A stretch of 64,000 nucleotides of DNA, taken from NCBI RefSeq assembly GCF_038025025.1, contig NW_027117348.1:682001-746000 (forward strand), in the 5' to 3' direction. Below the pieces are notes generated by a model, which was not told the DNA's origin, did not search any database, and saw nothing but the letters and a program-made list of their open reading frames with translations. Shown piece after piece: positions 1-11,064 of this stretch (positions are counted from its first letter, which is position 1; the number at the start of each line of letters is the position of its first letter). The DNA is from Phyllosticta citribraziliensis (taxonomy: Eukaryota). The position numbers were made by a program, and so were the translations under genes.

Positions 1-3000
1 TCGGCTTGCCCCCCCAAACGACGTCCTATATTCCAAATTGCTGTAGCTCAGTGGCTGTTCCAGCGAAGTATAGAGAGTGGATGTGAACGCATCTTGGACA
101 AGGCAGCCAGCCTGGCCAGAACCACACTGGAGTCGGCTTCCGGAGAAGAAACCCGCGAATCCCTGGGAATCGTCTACCAGCGAATCCTGACATACAAATA
201 CTTTCGTTACGGCCCAATGGGCCTATATGACGCAATCACGCTGGGCTACAAACACGCAGAGGCAGTGGCTTGTTACGGTCCGAAATTCGTTGCGGCTCTC
301 TTCTACGACGGATTGGAAAATGTTAGGCACCTGCAAGAACGGATCACGGTCGTAAAAATACTCGACCGAGGCAATTTGCATCAAAACAAATATACGGCGA
401 GCGGAGGTCTCGCTATTCTCGACCTCGCAATCAAATCGTACGAGACGATTCCAGATGATGTGTCAGAGGCAAGGCTGTTAGGTTTGAAATGTCAAAGCCT
501 CGCCATCTGCTACTCACTGCGACATCAAGCCAATGCATGCCGAGGAGATCTCGAGAAGGCGCTAACTATGGGAGCAATGGCCAGAAAGTTGATTCCAAAC
601 AACGACCCCGAACAGAGTAGGACTCTGTACACTCTCGGGAAATCGCGCGCAATGCTGCACTTTTGTACCAGCAAGGTTGAGCATGTAGACGAAGCAATCA
701 TACTTTTCGAGGAGGCCGTGAAATTTGAGAAGGCAGATCCTGTTAAGCGAGCATTCTATGCAGGTGGTCTTGCTGGCGCCCTCCGTCTACGATACACTCT
801 ACTCGATGACACTAAAGACTTGGAGGCTGCGGGAAAATGGGTGATGGAGGCCATGGGTCCGAGTGAAGGCGAATCCGACAATATGTCGATACTTCTGATG
901 GTGCATGGAACCATTCTGTTCGACCGTCACCGCAAAACCGGCGATATTGACGACCTAAACCTTGCGATACAAAAGATTTCCAGAGCAAAGGAGCTATTTC
1001 CTGAAGGGCACTTTTTGTTTGCTCAGGCTTGTTTAAACTTTGGTTGGCCATACATGTGGAAGTTCCGAAGAACAGGACACGCCGACGACCTCGAAAAAGC
1101 TGTCGAATCGTTTCGACAGGCAGAGAAATCTTCACAGGGAAAAACTGCTCCTGATCCTGAAACATCGTTCGCATTTTCAAAGGGGCTTTTCATACAGTAC
1201 CAGACAACCAAAGACAGTGAGACTCTCGAAGAAAGCATCTCAATTCTACAGGAGGCGATATCGTCGATACCGACAGACTATACTTGGACACCAATTCTGA
1301 TGACCGAGCTTGGACATCGATTTTTCTATCGCTACAAGTCTATGTCTAACCCGTCTGACCTCGATGTAGCAGTTTCATATGCCGAGGGGGGGCTGAAAAT
1401 ATTTGGCAAAACACATTACCATTGGGGGCTCACTGCTCAACTCCTCTCCACCATGCTCTTTCAAAGAGCGGCAATTCTTTCAAGCCACAATGAAGCAGCG
1501 AAGTCCCAGCAGTTAGTACTGGAAATTGCAAAGAACACGGCTGTCCCACCCTGGCTCAGAGTACAAGCTGTAAGCACAGCAATCCACGGGTTTCGGAATT
1601 CAAACAAGCAGTTCCTACAGAGGCACGACGAGCTTGCCCGGCTTGCCCTCGATCTCCTCCCATACGCTTGCAGCCGCGAGCTGAGCCGCGAAGACCAGCA
1701 AGAAGCGGTGAAGCTCATCGAATTCTTTGCTGCCGACAGCTGTTCCTTGGCAATCCGACTCGGAAACTTCCCAGAAGCTCTCCACAGAGTCGAGTACGGC
1801 CGCGGATTGGTCTTGGGTCACTTGATCGACAGGCAAGACGACCTCGCGGACTTGAAGGAGACACACCCAGACCTGGCTCAACGCTACGAGAGACTTCGCC
1901 ACGAATCTACCAGCGAGCTTGAGGCCGAGAAGCTGAGCAAAGAATGGGAATTTCTGATGAAAGACAAGAGAAAGGCTCAAGCGAAGTTGCGGCAGTGCGA
2001 AGACGAAATTCGTTGCCAACCTGGCTTCGAACATTTTCAGAAGCCGCCCTCTCTGGAAGAGCTTGGACAGGGCGGACTGCATGGCCCGGTCATCATTGTC
2101 AACGTGACAGACTTTCGTTCCGACGCAATCATCCTCCTAAAGGGGTTATTTACTGCTATTTGCCTTCCTGGAATGGTGGAAAACATGCCAGATTACTTTC
2201 GCCAAGCTCTGGATAGGCAGCGATCTGGAGCAAGGCTTCCAGATACAGTGACAGGTGTTCCAGAGCTTTGGAAACATCCATCGGAAAGGTTTCGGCTCGG
2301 GACAAGCACATACTTCAGGGCAAATCGACCCGTCGAGAGAGACTACGGCCAGCCTAATAGCCTGGAGCTACTGACCTGGTTGTGGCATTCTTGCGTTCTG
2401 CCCGTCCTCTTGGAGCTCCGCGCACACGGCATTTCGCGAGAGGATGACGGCGATCCACCGCGAGTCTGGTGGATTGGCTCGGGAGCAGCAAGCTCCCTTC
2501 CCTTCCATGCCGCCGGGGACTTCGGAGCAATGTACCACGTCGAAGGTCGTAGGCAGCAGGCCTCTAGTGATTTTCCAAAGACATGCATGGATTGGGTCAC
2601 ATCATCCTACGCTCCAACCATCAAGGCGCTACAGCACGCGAGAGCGAGAGCTGAACAATCACCTCTTGTGGATCGTCCTTCAATCACCGTGGTCACCATG
2701 CCCTCGACACCAGGCCAGTCTAATCTGAAGGGAGCTCAACAGGAGAAAAAGGCAGTGGAAGAAGCGGCTACCGGTTTCAGCGTTGAAGACTCGCTCGAAT
2801 GCCCGACCGCCGCGGAGGTTTTGGGCCGCGTCCCAGATTCTCAGATCTTGCACTTTGCGTGCCATGGCATGTCCGATCCGATTGATCCTAGCGCAAGCCA
2901 TATGCTTCTCCAGAAAAAGGAACCAGATGGACGTATCGTACCAGACAGACTCACACTGGGAGACGTCTTGGACCGTACGGTCAAAAGCGGATCCCAGAAC

Positions 3001-3309
3001 TGGCTAGTCTACCTATCGGCATGCTCGACAGCCCAGGTAAAGGCCGACAAGATGGGCGACGAGAGCCTGCATCTGGCCAGCGCATTCCAAGTCGCCGGAT
3101 TCGCTCACGCAATTGGATCCCTGTGGTCAGCGGACGACGACATTTGCGTGGAGGTTGCGCGTCTCTTTTACCAAGAACTCTCAGAGTATACTGGTACCAA
3201 GCGCAAAGTTGCCGTTGCGCACGCTTTGCGCAAGGCGGTGATCCAAATCAGAAGCCGACACTACGACAATCCAGCTCTTTGGGCGCCCTTCATCCATTTT
3301 GGGGCGTAG
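1..3309 (+). CDS. TPR-repeat + CHAT (caspase HetF/clan CD) protease, 5'-truncated by the window edge
   Basis: Frame 1 is open from base 1 (SACPPKRRPIFQ...) to TAG at 3307-3309. Repeated helical units (GDIDDLNLAIQKISRA, GHADDLEKAVESFRQA, NPSDLDVAVSYAEGG) precede a coiled linker and CHAT motifs: GPVIIVNVTDFRSDAIIL, RVWWIGSGAASSLPFHAAG, SSYAPTIKAL, HFACHG (His codon 2863-2865), YLSACST (Cys codon 3022-3024), FQVAGFAHAIGSLW and WAPFIHFG. Confidence 0.92.
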   Translation, partial: SACPPKRRPIFQIAVAQWLFQRSIESGCERILDKAASLARTTLESASGEETRESLGIVYQRILTYKYFRYGPMGLYDAITLGYKHAEAVACYGPKFVAALFYDGLENVRHLQERITVVKILDRGNLHQNKYTASGGLAILDLAIKSYETIPDDVSEARLLGLKCQSLAICYSLRHQANACRGDLEKALTMGAMARKLIPNNDPEQSRTLYTLGKSRAMLHFCTSKVEHVDEAIILFEEAVKFEKADPVKRAFYAGGLAGALRLRYTLLDDTKDLEAAGKWVMEAMGPSEGESDNMSILLMVHGTILFDRHRKTGDIDDLNLAIQKISRAKELFPEGHFLFAQACLNFGWPYMWKFRRTGHADDLEKAVESFRQAEKSSQGKTAPDPETSFAFSKGLFIQYQTTKDSETLEESISILQEAISSIPTDYTWTPILMTELGHRFFYRYKSMSNPSDLDVAVSYAEGGLKIFGKTHYHWGLTAQLLSTMLFQRAAILSSHNEAAKSQQLVLEIAKNTAVPPWLRVQAVSTAIHGFRNSNKQFLQRHDELARLALDLLPYACSRELSREDQQEAVKLIEFFAADSCSLAIRLGNFPEALHRVEYGRGLVLGHLIDRQDDLADLKETHPDLAQRYERLRHESTSELEAEKLSKEWEFLMKDKRKAQAKLRQCEDEIRCQPGFEHFQKPPSLEELGQGGLHGPVIIVNVTDFRSDAIILLKGLFTAICLPGMVENMPDYFRQALDRQRSGARLPDTVTGVPELWKHPSERFRLGTSTYFRANRPVERDYGQPNSLELLTWLWHSCVLPVLLELRAHGISREDDGDPPRVWWIGSGAASSLPFHAAGDFGAMYHVEGRRQQASSDFPKTCMDWVTSSYAPTIKALQHARARAEQSPLVDRPSITVVTMPSTPGQSNLKGAQQEKKAVEEAATGFSVEDSLECPTAAEVLGRVPDSQILHFACHGMSDPIDPSASHMLLQKKEPDGRIVPDRLTLGDVLDRTVKSGSQNWLVYLSACSTAQVKADKMGDESLHLASAFQVAGFAHAIGSLWSADDDICVEVARLFYQELSEYTGTKRKVAVAHALRKAVIQIRSRHYDNPALWAPFIHFGA

Positions 3310-3506
3310 TGTCAAAGAAGATGTTTGTACACTCGAAAATGGCCTGCTATTACGTCAGGAATTTCATGCACAGTGACGTGGCGGTATGACCAAACTCGAC
3401 TTTTTCATTCGACTCCTAGACGTGGTTCGCCACGATGTCATCTCTTCTTCCACGCCAGATTCCATTTCTCGTCAATCCATCTTCGCCACAGCTGTTCTTT
3501 GATTCA

Positions 3507-4352
3507 ATGGCAGGCGCGACCATTCTGCTAAGCCATCTGCTTCCTGCGGAAGCTGTCGAGCTCGGTCGCCTGGTGATCCACCTTGAGTATCCGGAACAAG
3601 AATTTTTCCAGTCAGAGGACGCCAGCTTGAGCCCGGCGGGCATTCTTACGCAACGGCTCGACAACTTCCAACAAACGCTCGAGCAGAGCACACACTCCGG
3701 TGTCGAATCATATCTGTCAAACCTGCTTTCTGGCGCACGCAACAAGCAAAGGGCTTCGAGAATCAATCTTTCCTCTGCGGCATGTATTACACGACAGCTC
3801 CAAAACTCAAGCCAATATCTGGAAAGGCTATGCGCAACACGGCTAGGTCAATTCTGGCTGGAGCGCGCCATCCGAACTTCTCAGGATGTGTTTCTGGTTA
3901 CGGGAATCAAGACCGTGTTTGACGCGAGCGTGGAGAACGAGGCGTCGCACAGCTCTGGCTTGGAAGCGAAAGTGCAAGCCCCGTTGACCATGGCAGCCAC
4001 TGCGACAGGAGTTCCTGTCCCGATTGACGGGATGCTCGACATTGGGGCGCGAGCAAACAGATCAAAGATGCAGTCCAACAGCACCAGTTTCACGGCCCCA
4101 GGCGAACAGATATTTGCCGTTCAGTATCGAAAGCTTCGCTTTGCGAGGTTTTCAACCCGTAAAGTGGAGAATGCGAGGCTGGAGGGAGGAAATCGATGGA
4201 AGATGTATCTTGGAGGGAGGGGCGATGAGGACGAGGACTCTGAAGAGATTGTCAGCGTTGAAGTTGACGCTGGCCTTGAGGATGGCTTCGACTCTACGCT
4301 TTACGAAAGTGGCACTTTTGGCGGCGAGAGTTTCATCTACCCGGAGGTCTGA
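3507..4352 (+). CDS. Fungal gasdermin-like protein (RCD-1/HET-Q1 family)
   Basis: 281 aa from ATG 3507 (an in-frame ATG also lies at 3435), intronless. It shows the gasdermin pattern: VELGRLVIHLEYPEQEF near the N-terminus, DVFLVTGIKT, Ser/Thr-rich alternating beta-hairpin segments, GEQIFAVQYRKLRF, then an acidic C-terminal tail. It sits directly downstream of a protease gene. Confidence 0.82.
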   Translation: MAGATILLSHLLPAEAVELGRLVIHLEYPEQEFFQSEDASLSPAGILTQRLDNFQQTLEQSTHSGVESYLSNLLSGARNKQRASRINLSSAACITRQLQNSSQYLERLCATRLGQFWLERAIRTSQDVFLVTGIKTVFDASVENEASHSSGLEAKVQAPLTMAATATGVPVPIDGMLDIGARANRSKMQSNSTSFTAPGEQIFAVQYRKLRFARFSTRKVENARLEGGNRWKMYLGGRGDEDEDSEEIVSVEVDAGLEDGFDSTLYESGTFGGESFIYPEV

Positions 4353-7300
4353 ATATGCATCTCCGCCGGATTGTCGTTCGTTTCTATTGCTTGGTCTTTC
4401 AGGTTAGCAGAACTTCCAAAAAGAGTCGACGGCGGAACATGGTATTGTGTTTAAGGGGCAGCCATCGAGCAGCGTTGCTAAGCTCAGAGAGCCGACTTCC
4501 AGTACTGCGGGTGAACTAGGGAACAAAAGTTTCTTTCGACACCCACCGTAGTGCCATTTGCACCCACGTTGAAGAGCCAGCATGGTCTACCCCCGATAGC
4601 CGTTTTGCCGGCCCACCTTTCACCTGCCCTGTGACTCACGAATGCAATTCAAAGCCGACCACAGCCGCAACGATCATCAAGAACCGAAAGCCAACCCGCT
4701 GGCGATTGTTTTCTCTCCGTTCTGCTTGCTTGCCTTCTGCGTAGTCAGCTTGCACCCTAACAAAGCACGCCATTCCGCGGCCTGAGTCAGAGCAGCAGCC
4801 AAAAGGGTCATACTTTCTGCATGTCAATCTGAGAACGCCTTACGCCCTACGGGCTTAGCCGCCCCCAATCCAACTTTGTTTCAACGGCCTCTCTTGCCTT
4901 TCCTCCCGCAGACTTTTCCTGTCCTTTGATGTCGAAAAACGACTACCAATCTTTCTCCCCTGTTGTTGTGGTTTTGTCGATTACGAATCGAGAAGAATGG
5001 CCGCTTCCTTGTTGACATCGGCGTGGCGCTTATGCGCGACCTTTGTGTCGGCTTGATGGACATTACGATGACACATCTCGGTCGACCGCATTCCATCCTT
5101 TGCTGAAAGCGCAGCCCGGCACGATGCAAGGATCCAAGAGAAGAAAAGAAGAGGGGACGTCGACTCGAAAGACGATGGAACCATCGTCTTGCGCTGGCGG
5201 AAACTTCCGGGGCTTGCTGGGACTGGGAAGTTCGTGCAGAGCAGACGGATTCTGCGAGGAGTGTGAGTGCGTGTATCCAACGAGCAGGATGTAAGAAGAC
5301 CAAACTGGACGAGCGTACTGACTCTTGACAGTCGTTCAGCGACTCCACCTTTCATGTCCTCTCCAACCAGATCCGTCCCAGCTGTTGGGAGACGCGGAGT
5401 TGTTGTATGGGAATTGATTCTGGAAGGGTGGTGTGGAGCACGGGACGCAACTGCCTACATGTAGTCGGCGCCTTCCATTCAGCACAACCGCAGCTCCCCA
5501 ACTTTCTTGCCGTCAACACAACTTCTCCTCACCTCGACTTGACCAACTCTCCCTGCTTGAACGAAAAGCCTCAGCATGGCAGCCCCCCAACGCTTCAATA
5601 CTCCAACCAAGAAAATCCGACTGCGAGAGAAAATCACCGCGCAGAAAACCACCGGGTACGCGCTCTCCTCCTTTCGCTTGTTTGGGTTGCGCTGCAGCCG
5701 GATGAGAAAAGCCTTCAAGAAGTACAACAGCAGGAAACAGGCGACTCGGACCTTTGGCACGTTGGGAAGGACGATGAAGAGAAGCGCTCAGACCACCTAC
5801 TCAGTCAACCAACCAGAATCTCGCACCGACACTTTCTTGAACTTTGGTCTTTCCGAGCGTACTTTGGCCGTCGATCAGCTTGTGGCGATGCGCCTGCTGC
5901 TCGAGGCCCTCTGGCTCGTCACCCTCAGCACATGAGGTTTGAGGCGATCATCAAGGGACCTACCTCCTCGTTTTCCACCCTCCGCATCATTCGTATCCTC
6001 GACGTCCGCCGATGAAATCGCAGGCGGAAACATTTCCAGAGAGTGAGATGATATGCGCACGCTTCGCTACTCTCATCGTGTTTGCAACGAGAACGCTGCT
6101 AAAGCAGCCGCAATGCAGCAAGGGCACGGGACAGACTTGGAACAAGAGAGAAATAGCAGGAGACAGGAAGTTTTACAAGGAACAAAGGAATCGTTCGTCG
6201 CTCAAAAGCCTGCGATGCTGAGAGCCAAGGGGAAACCTGTGGATTCGCATGATGCGGTTGTTGCCGACACTGTTTGGGTACGATGCGTGCAGATGGTGCC
6301 CACGATGCTTGGCTTCGTTCTTCCGTCATCATCCTGTCTCAGTCAGTCCACTGCTTTCTTTCATCTCGGTCCTGTCTTGCAGACTCTGCGACACATTCTT
6401 GCCAAGTCTCAACAACCTGCTCTCCTTTGACATCTTTCTCTTGTCTCTGTTTTTCCTTTCTCTTACCTCTTCTCTCTACCCTCATTCTGTCGTATCTTCA
6501 CTGCGTTCCTTTACAGAGATTACTGTTTTCTTTCCAACATCTCTCCACGTCCACTTGTCGAGAATTACCGACTTTCGCCATTTTCTGTCTGTTCCTCATC
6601 GCCCTTTTCCTCTTCCGTCAACCGCCTATCAGACTGTCAGCTAGCCTTCGGCCAAGAGTGGGAGAGAGCGACACGTCGTCTGAATAGCAAGTAGCTACTG
6701 GCTCCTGCGAAGAGCAAGAGTGGGATGGGTGGGCCAACCATCCTCGTCGTCCTCCATCGTCAGCACGCCAGCCCCTACGCATCTTTCAGCACTCCGGATT
6801 CCAAGTGGCCCAGGATCAAAGGCTTGGCCAACCGGCTGGTGGGGTACTCGCGTCCATCGGAGAAGCGCGTCGATGGGCTACGCCAAGCCGAGCTTCGCTG
6901 GCTGTCTATCAGATACGACACGATAAGTACATATATGAACGGCATCTCGTCTGGTCAGTCCGTTGATGTCGCCAGTGGATGCGCGATAAGGCGACGCAGC
7001 AGCGATGCATGCGAATGTTCCCAGAGGCCATGCGCGAGGTAGATAGCTACCCAGATACCGCGATACCAGCGTCCGGGATACTCGCAATGGATAAGAGGAG
7101 CGGCTTCTCCCCTCTCCTTGACCTCATTTGTACGGATAGAACTCTCTGCCTGTCTTCCAAATCAGCTCGCCAGCTCTCCGGATTGGATATCCAGCAACCG
7201 CTACGACAAGAACCGCTCTTCTCGAGCAAGATGACTCTCATTCGCTCTGATCCGAAAACGAGGCAACGAAGTGTAGACGCAGATGAGAGCACTGCGGTCG

Positions 7301-7936
7301 CCACCAGCTGCCGTGGACACGAAAACGGACAAAAGATGGACCCTTCCCTCGACTTCAAATGAGCAAGCGTCAACAGTACCGCCCTTCTGAACTCAAGCTC
7401 TTCACGCCTTTCTGCCTGCCTGCGTGTCGCCACGTCCCGTCCGTCATACTGCCGTACCACAGTATCACACCTCAGCGTACCTTGCCTTGCCGTCGCACAA
7501 AACACAAAGCAAACCTACGATGCACGACTCAATGCGACGCGACGCGACGCGGCTCGCCGGCTGAGGCAGATGAAGCAAGAAGCGGAAATCCCCGACGCAA
7601 GACGCCCAAGAACGCATGCAAGCACGACCGGATGCATGTACGTCGATGAAAAAGCTGAAGAAAAAGCAAAGGGCAGACCCACGTTGATCGACCCACGGAA
7701 CGATGGGTGAGCGGACTGTTTGTTTTGCCGTTGGCACCGGCTATCCGTTGTACCGTTCGTTCGTTCGTTTTTCCGCCGGCACGCGAGCAAGCCATACGCC
7801 ACCCAGCCATCTGCCACGCCTGGTGTCTTTCCGTCGGTCGCTACCAAACCTCGAGGCTGGGTGGACTGCGTCTGGGAGGCTGTCATTCAAGACATGTCAG
7901 CGCGCAGTATGTTGGTGAGACGGGTGTCTGCCTACC

Positions 7937-7962
7937 TCTGCCTGCCTGCCTGCCTGCCTGCC

Positions 7963-7993
<31 letters not shown>
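7937..7993. repeat. Compound microsatellite (CTGC)n(CTGT)n
   Basis: Read directly: ctgcctgcctgcc...ctgtctgtctgtc. Confidence 0.9.
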
Positions 7994-7995
<2 letters not shown>

Positions 7996-8466
7996 TTCGG
8001 TGTCTCCGTCTGCGTTACCTTGTATCGCCACGCGATCAAGAGGAAGGAGGCTCGGGCGGGGGCCACGATCTGTACCACCCTTTGTACCACGCGACCGCCA
8101 CCACAACACCATGGCATCATCGGGTCGAGCCTCCCATCTCGTGGCTCGCTCTCAGCAGATCCAAATAGGCTGACTCGGATAGACCTACTACCATCCAAAA
8201 ACGCAAAAGAAAAAGCGAACAGTTGTGAGGGGGTATCAAGGCATTCAATTCGACCCGAGATTTGGGTTCTACGTACTTAAAAGCAAAAAAAAAAAAGGGG
8301 AAGGGGGTTTTTTTGTGTATCCTCCGACCACACCGCCAGCTCCGACCCGACCAACCGATCCCAAAAGGCGATTCACAGGAAAGGAAAGGAAAAACTCCGC
8401 CCGGCAAAAAAGCAAGTCTAGTGCCGCTGCTAGGTCTACTCGCCAGATGCACTGCACGCTCGCCGA

Positions 8467-10300
8467 CTAGCACAACCACTTGTACGCCTTCTTCCAGCGG
8501 GGCCAATTTGCCTGCTCGGCACGCTCCTCGGCAATCAGCTCGGCGAGATTGAACTCGCGGATGCCAGTGTGCAGATCCATGTTGTGCGCGCGCTGAATCG
8601 GCGGGCGGTAAATGAGCTTGTAGCCGAGGTAGAAAGCGATGACAATGGGGGCGGCAAGGTAGGCTTGGAAGAAGGAAGTGACGAGCTCCGAGGTGGTCAT
8701 GTCGGCGTATCCAATGGGCGCAAAGCCGGTCCAGAACTGGGCAATCAGGACGAGCACGTTGAAGCCGAAACCGATCCAGCTGCCGATGATGCCGGGCTGG
8801 CTGCGGAACGCCAGCTCGTCGAGCGTGTGGCCCTGGGCAGCCCAGCCCTTGCGGAAGCGAATGTGGGCCAGGCAGATGCTGCCCCAGGTGAAGATGGACG
8901 AGAGACCGGAGATGGCGAGCAGCCAGTTGAAGACGTCGCCCTCGGCGGGGGACGAGGCGATGAAGGCGAGGAAGCCTATCACCGAAGATACGAGGATGCC
9001 AACCATGGGGCGGCCTTTGCGGTCAATGTAGGCGAAGATTCTGGGCGCTTGGCCCTGCTCGGCCAGCGCGGCCAGCGTGCGCGACGAACCGTAAATGGAC
9101 GAGTTGCCGACGGACAGGACAGCAATCATGATGACGACGTTCATGACAGACGGCAGGCCGTCAATGCCGGCGTTCTTGATGGCAATGACAAAGGGCGAGG
9201 CCGCAGCATCGGCCGACGAGGATCCGCTCAGCAGGCGTTCGTCGTTGTACGGGACCAGCAGGCCGATGAGGGCCAACGAGACAATGTAAAAGAGGGTGAT
9301 ACGCCAAAAGACTTGCTTGACGGCCGTGGGCAGCGACTTGCGCGGGTTGGCCGTCTCAGCAGCAGCAAGACCGACGAGCTCAGTACCGGCAAAGGCAAAG
9401 GCGGCCGTCACAAAGACACTGCACAGGCCCTTGAAGCCGTGGTTAAAGGCACCCGGATCGCGCCAGTACAAGTTGCCAATGTATCCGCCCTGGGGCCCAC
9501 CGCCGCAGTTGAGGATGATGCCGAGGATGATGAAGCCAATGACGGCCGTCACCTTGACGATGGAGAAGACAAACTCGGCCTCGCCGTAGCCCTTGACGCC
9601 AAACAGGTTGATGCTAATGATGAGCACCAGGAAGATGGCGACCCAAGCGGAATTGTCTATGCGGCCCTCGTTCCAGTAGTTGACAGTGATGGAGGCGGCG
9701 ACGATTTCGAGGGGCAGCACGACCAGCCACTGCAGCGCGTAGTTCCAGCCCATGGCGAAGCCCCATGCGGGGTCGATGAAGCGGGTCGAGTAAGCGGAGA
9801 AGGAACCGGCGACGGGGAACAAGACGGCCATTTCGCCCAGGGCGTGCACCGTGCAGTACAACATGATACCAATCAGACCGAAGGAGATGAGCAGCGAGGC
9901 GGGACCGCCATTGGCCAGAGCCTTGCCGGAGCCGACGAAGAGACCAGTTCCTACGGCAGACAGTTAGCACCGAATGCGACACCGGCGAAGAGGACGGCGA
10001 CGACGTACCAATTGAGCCTCCAATGGCAATCATTTGCAGGTGGCGGCCCTTGAGGGTGCGCTGGAGCGGCGACTCGGCCGTGGCTTGTGCGGCGCTCTCA
10101 ACGTCGTACTCCTTGGCTTCGCCGCCACCGTGCGAGACGGGAGCCGTGGCGTGGGCGTTGGGATCGCGCTTGAAGCTGTCGATGAAGCGGCGGCTCCATG
10201 ATTCCTGGTGGTTTGCGGCCTCGCCGTAGACTGGGGGCGGCGGCGACTGGTTGGTGCTGGCCTTGTAGACGCCCTTTTCGTGGTCGACGGACACGGACAT
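8467..10300 (-). CDS. General amino acid permease (APC/YAT family, GAP1-like); exons 10300-10009 and 9950-8467
   Basis: Starts MSVSVDHEKG. LKGRHLQMIAIGGSIG joins TGLFVGSG across a 58-nt intron (GTACGT...GCTAAC...TAG, 10008-9951). Later motifs include ALGEMAV, GWNY, YGEAEF, FAFAGTELVGLAAAET and SPFVIAI, with many hydrophobic helices. Confidence 0.93.
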
Positions 10301-10495
10301 GATGGGTGAGGGGGCCCTGGGTGGGCCGTGGGAGAGGACGGAGGATGTGGAGAAGGAGGAGGAGGAGGAGGAGCGGAGGGAGGGAGGGAGAGAGGATTCG
10401 TCGGGATTGAAGGTGAGTTTCTTCAGCAACAGCGCTGGCCGTCAGCGGGCTTTAAGAATTGGTGTCGCAGGGGGCTGCTTTCAGTAAGGACGTCT

Positions 10496-11064
10496 CTTAT
10501 CTCTCGGCGCAGTACCCCGGCCCATGTAACGCTGTATGTCAGCCTTGTGGTTGGAAAAATTGGGAGAAAAAAGAGGCCGTCAGTCTTCAGACCTTCCTGA
10601 TAAGACATGGCGCGCAATTCGATTTGCTGACCAGCAGAGTTGCAGCAGAGGATTGGATTTTTCCGTTCTTTCTGGAAGCCTGCCTGTTTGTGCAGCGTGC
10701 ATGGAGGCGGTGCCCAGCAAGGCTGGACTAGAGCAGACTACTGGTCGTGTCTGGGAAGCGGGTGTTTGTGAGGTCACGCTACTGTATAGCCTGGCCAGCC
10801 TGCCGCCGCCGCACAGCGATAGGCGCACGACTCGCTCGGAGGCCTGATGCGGGCTTCATTGGCGGTCGAGTCGTCTGGCCGTCACGGCCGTCAATCAATT
10901 TCTGTGCGACGAGGGAGCAGGACGGATGGTGGATGGATACGACGCGAGTCGGGAGCCGGACGGACGATGGGGCGCGTGCCTGTCGAGCGTCCTCGGTGGC
11001 GCCGAGCATCCCAATCCCACGTCGACCATTGAGATAAGGCTTGTCCGGCATGCCCGAGCTTATC
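10496..11064. promoter_or_regulatory. Cluster of GATAAG (AreA/NIT2-type GATA) sites upstream of the permease
   Basis: CTTATC 10496-10501, GATAAG 10599-10604, GATAAG 11033-11038 and CTTATC 11059-11064, all within 800 bp of the GAP1-like start codon. Confidence 0.5.

Noticed and set aside
4881..7500. Overlapping 100-200 aa ORFs downstream of the gasdermin, considered as a possible third component of the system
   Set aside because: No recognisable domain, consistent splice pattern or codon bias, so I cannot support a gene here.
8569..10053. 494-aa plus-strand ORF
   Set aside because: It is the antisense shadow of the GC3-rich permease gene. The same applies to 47264-48052, 54914-55603, 27227-28030 and 57830-58423.
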